A DNA stretch of 64,000 bases from Bacteroidota bacterium (lineage in GTDB: Bacteria > Bacteroidota > Ignavibacteria > Kapaibacteriales > UBA961). The translations under genes and the position numbers were made by a program. Positions 62,657 through 64,000 of the stretch are shown piece by piece. The notes below the pieces were generated by a model, which was given only the letters and a program-made list of their open reading frames with translations, was not told where the DNA came from and made no database searches. Each line of letters begins with the position of its first letter. Position 1 is the first letter of the stretch. The stretch is taken from the NCBI GenBank assembly GCA_964204605.1, contig OZ123195.1, forward strand, positions 2,415,814 through 2,479,813, written 5' to 3'.

Positions 62657-64000
62657 ATGCCACCTTCAGAACAATCACCTAGCTGGTTAAAAGTTAAAGA
62701 TTCGTCACAAAAAACCTATAAAAAAGGATTAAAACAATTATTCCAGGAAGATCCACATCGAGCACATTCCTTTACATTTAAGGAGTCTTTTGCCCTGATT
62801 GATATTTCTAAACAATGGATAGATAGTGACTTATTGAATGCTGCGATAGAGTTTGCACAAGAGCATCACATTGATTCTTTGTTTAAGCAAGTGTATATGG
62901 GATCTATATTCAATAAAACAGAATCTAAAGAAGTATTGCATACTGCTTTAAGAGCAGAAAAGAATGACACAATAGTTATACATGATGAGTCTGTTATTGA
63001 AAAAATCGACGAAGTAAAAAAGAGGATACAGTTATATAGCGATGGGATAAGGCAGGGTGTCATACAAGGATATAGTGGTAAACCTTTTATAGACATAGTT
63101 AATATTGGTATTGGAGGTTCTGATTTAGGACCTCATATGGTATGTGATGCTTTAAGACACTTTGCACAAAAAAACCTAAACATACATTTTGTCTCAAATA
63201 TAGATCCTACTCATATTTCGGACACATTATCTACATGTAATCCAGAAACAACCTTATTTATTATTGCATCAAAAACATTTACTACCGAAGAAACTCTTGC
63301 AAATGCAAAAGCAGCTAAAGCATGGTTTTTACAAAGTGGTGGAAAAGATGTCTCCAAACATTTTGTTGCTGTATCTACTAATTATGAAGCTACTGCAGAA
63401 TTTGGAATTCATCCAGATAGAGTATTTGTATTCTGGGAATGGATAGGTGGAAGATTTTCACTATGGAGTGCAATTGGATTATCTATAGCAATTTCAATTG
63501 GTTATGATGGATTCTGCAATCTATTACATGGTGCTTATTATATGGATATGCATATGTATAATACACCATTAAAAGATAATATCCCTGTGATTTTAGCTTT
63601 GATTGATATCATTAATACAAATTGTTATTCGATTTCAACACAAGCTATATTGCCTTATGATGAATATTTGCGACTATTACCATCTTTTTTGCAGCAAATG
63701 TTAATGGAAAGCAATGGAAAATATATTACGAAAGATGGTAATCGGGTACAATGGCAAACTTCGCCTATAGTTTGGGGACAACCTGGTACAGACTCACAAC
63801 ATTCATTTTTTCAACTATTGCATCAAGGAACCCAAATAGTAAATGCAGAATTTATTATTTGTGCACAAACCTACAATCCAATTGCAGATATGCATGAACG
63901 ATTGATTGCCAATTGTTTTGCTCAAAGTGCTGCTTTAATGTTGGGCAAATCTGAACAAGAAGTAGCAATTGAATTACAAGCCTCTGGTCTTTCTCATCAA
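62657..64000 (+). CDS. pgi: Glucose-6-phosphate isomerase, N-terminal 448 codons. The gene continues past the window end.
   Basis: Manual translation from the ATG at 62657 gives PGI hallmarks: IGIGGSDLGP, SKTFTTEE, GGRFSLWSAIGLSIA, ESNGK and GTDSQHSFFQLLHQG. The frame is open to the window end. Confidence 0.9.
   Translation, partial: MPPSEQSPSWLKVKDSSQKTYKKGLKQLFQEDPHRAHSFTFKESFALIDISKQWIDSDLLNAAIEFAQEHHIDSLFKQVYMGSIFNKTESKEVLHTALRAEKNDTIVIHDESVIEKIDEVKKRIQLYSDGIRQGVIQGYSGKPFIDIVNIGIGGSDLGPHMVCDALRHFAQKNLNIHFVSNIDPTHISDTLSTCNPETTLFIIASKTFTTEETLANAKAAKAWFLQSGGKDVSKHFVAVSTNYEATAEFGIHPDRVFVFWEWIGGRFSLWSAIGLSIAISIGYDGFCNLLHGAYYMDMHMYNTPLKDNIPVILALIDIINTNCYSISTQAILPYDEYLRLLPSFLQQMLMESNGKYITKDGNRVQWQTSPIVWGQPGTDSQHSFFQLLHQGTQIVNAEFIICAQTYNPIADMHERLIANCFAQSAALMLGKSEQEVAIELQASGLSHQ

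Noticed and set aside
61034-63446. ORFs 61034..61231, 61373..61591, 62866..63096, 63264..63446
   Set aside because: They overlap the BI-1/YccA gene or the manually translated pgi gene in other frames, so they are spurious.

Overview
This is a 64 kb AT-rich, gene-dense chromosomal window; GC content was judged by eye and not computed. About 55 protein-coding genes sit on both strands. Most are housekeeping genes: secA (partial), miaA, rpsA, katG, trpS, metG, asnB, ftsW/rodA, hutU, truA and pgi (partial). Metabolic and transport genes include two aldehyde dehydrogenases, a γ-carbonic-anhydrase/PaaY-like protein, ABC ATPases and exporters, a GT2 glycosyltransferase, UDP-xylose synthase, pdxB and an ACMSD-family amidohydrolase. 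Several features suggest an FCB-group (Bacteroidota/Ignavibacteria-like) organism, though this is inference: DUF4286, DUF4397, an LptE-like lipoprotein, a HmuY-like lipoprotein, a TonB-dependent receptor, a PorP/SprF-like N-domain, a putative T9SS C-terminal sorting domain, and TTG/GTG start codons. I could not find any tRNA, rRNA, CRISPR array, transposase or integrase. Six intrinsic terminator hairpins with T-runs are visible; a seventh candidate (61778..61812) is weaker. The least ordinary parts are: (1) a tandem pair of paralogous modular OmpA-family outer-membrane proteins (19.3-23.7 kb), one carrying a metallothionein-like Cys/His cluster and the other vWA plus CarboxypepD_reg-like modules, followed by a DUF4397 lipoprotein; (2) a haem-uptake-like locus (PSCyt1-like CX4CH protein, HmuY-like lipoprotein, TonB-dependent receptor) interrupted by a stand-alone PaaA di-iron oxygenase subunit with no PaaBCDE partners; (3) a eukaryote-like ACMSD orthologue near a RidA-family gene; (4) a 680 bp AT-rich low-coding gap. 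I did not recognise any known defence or mobile system.
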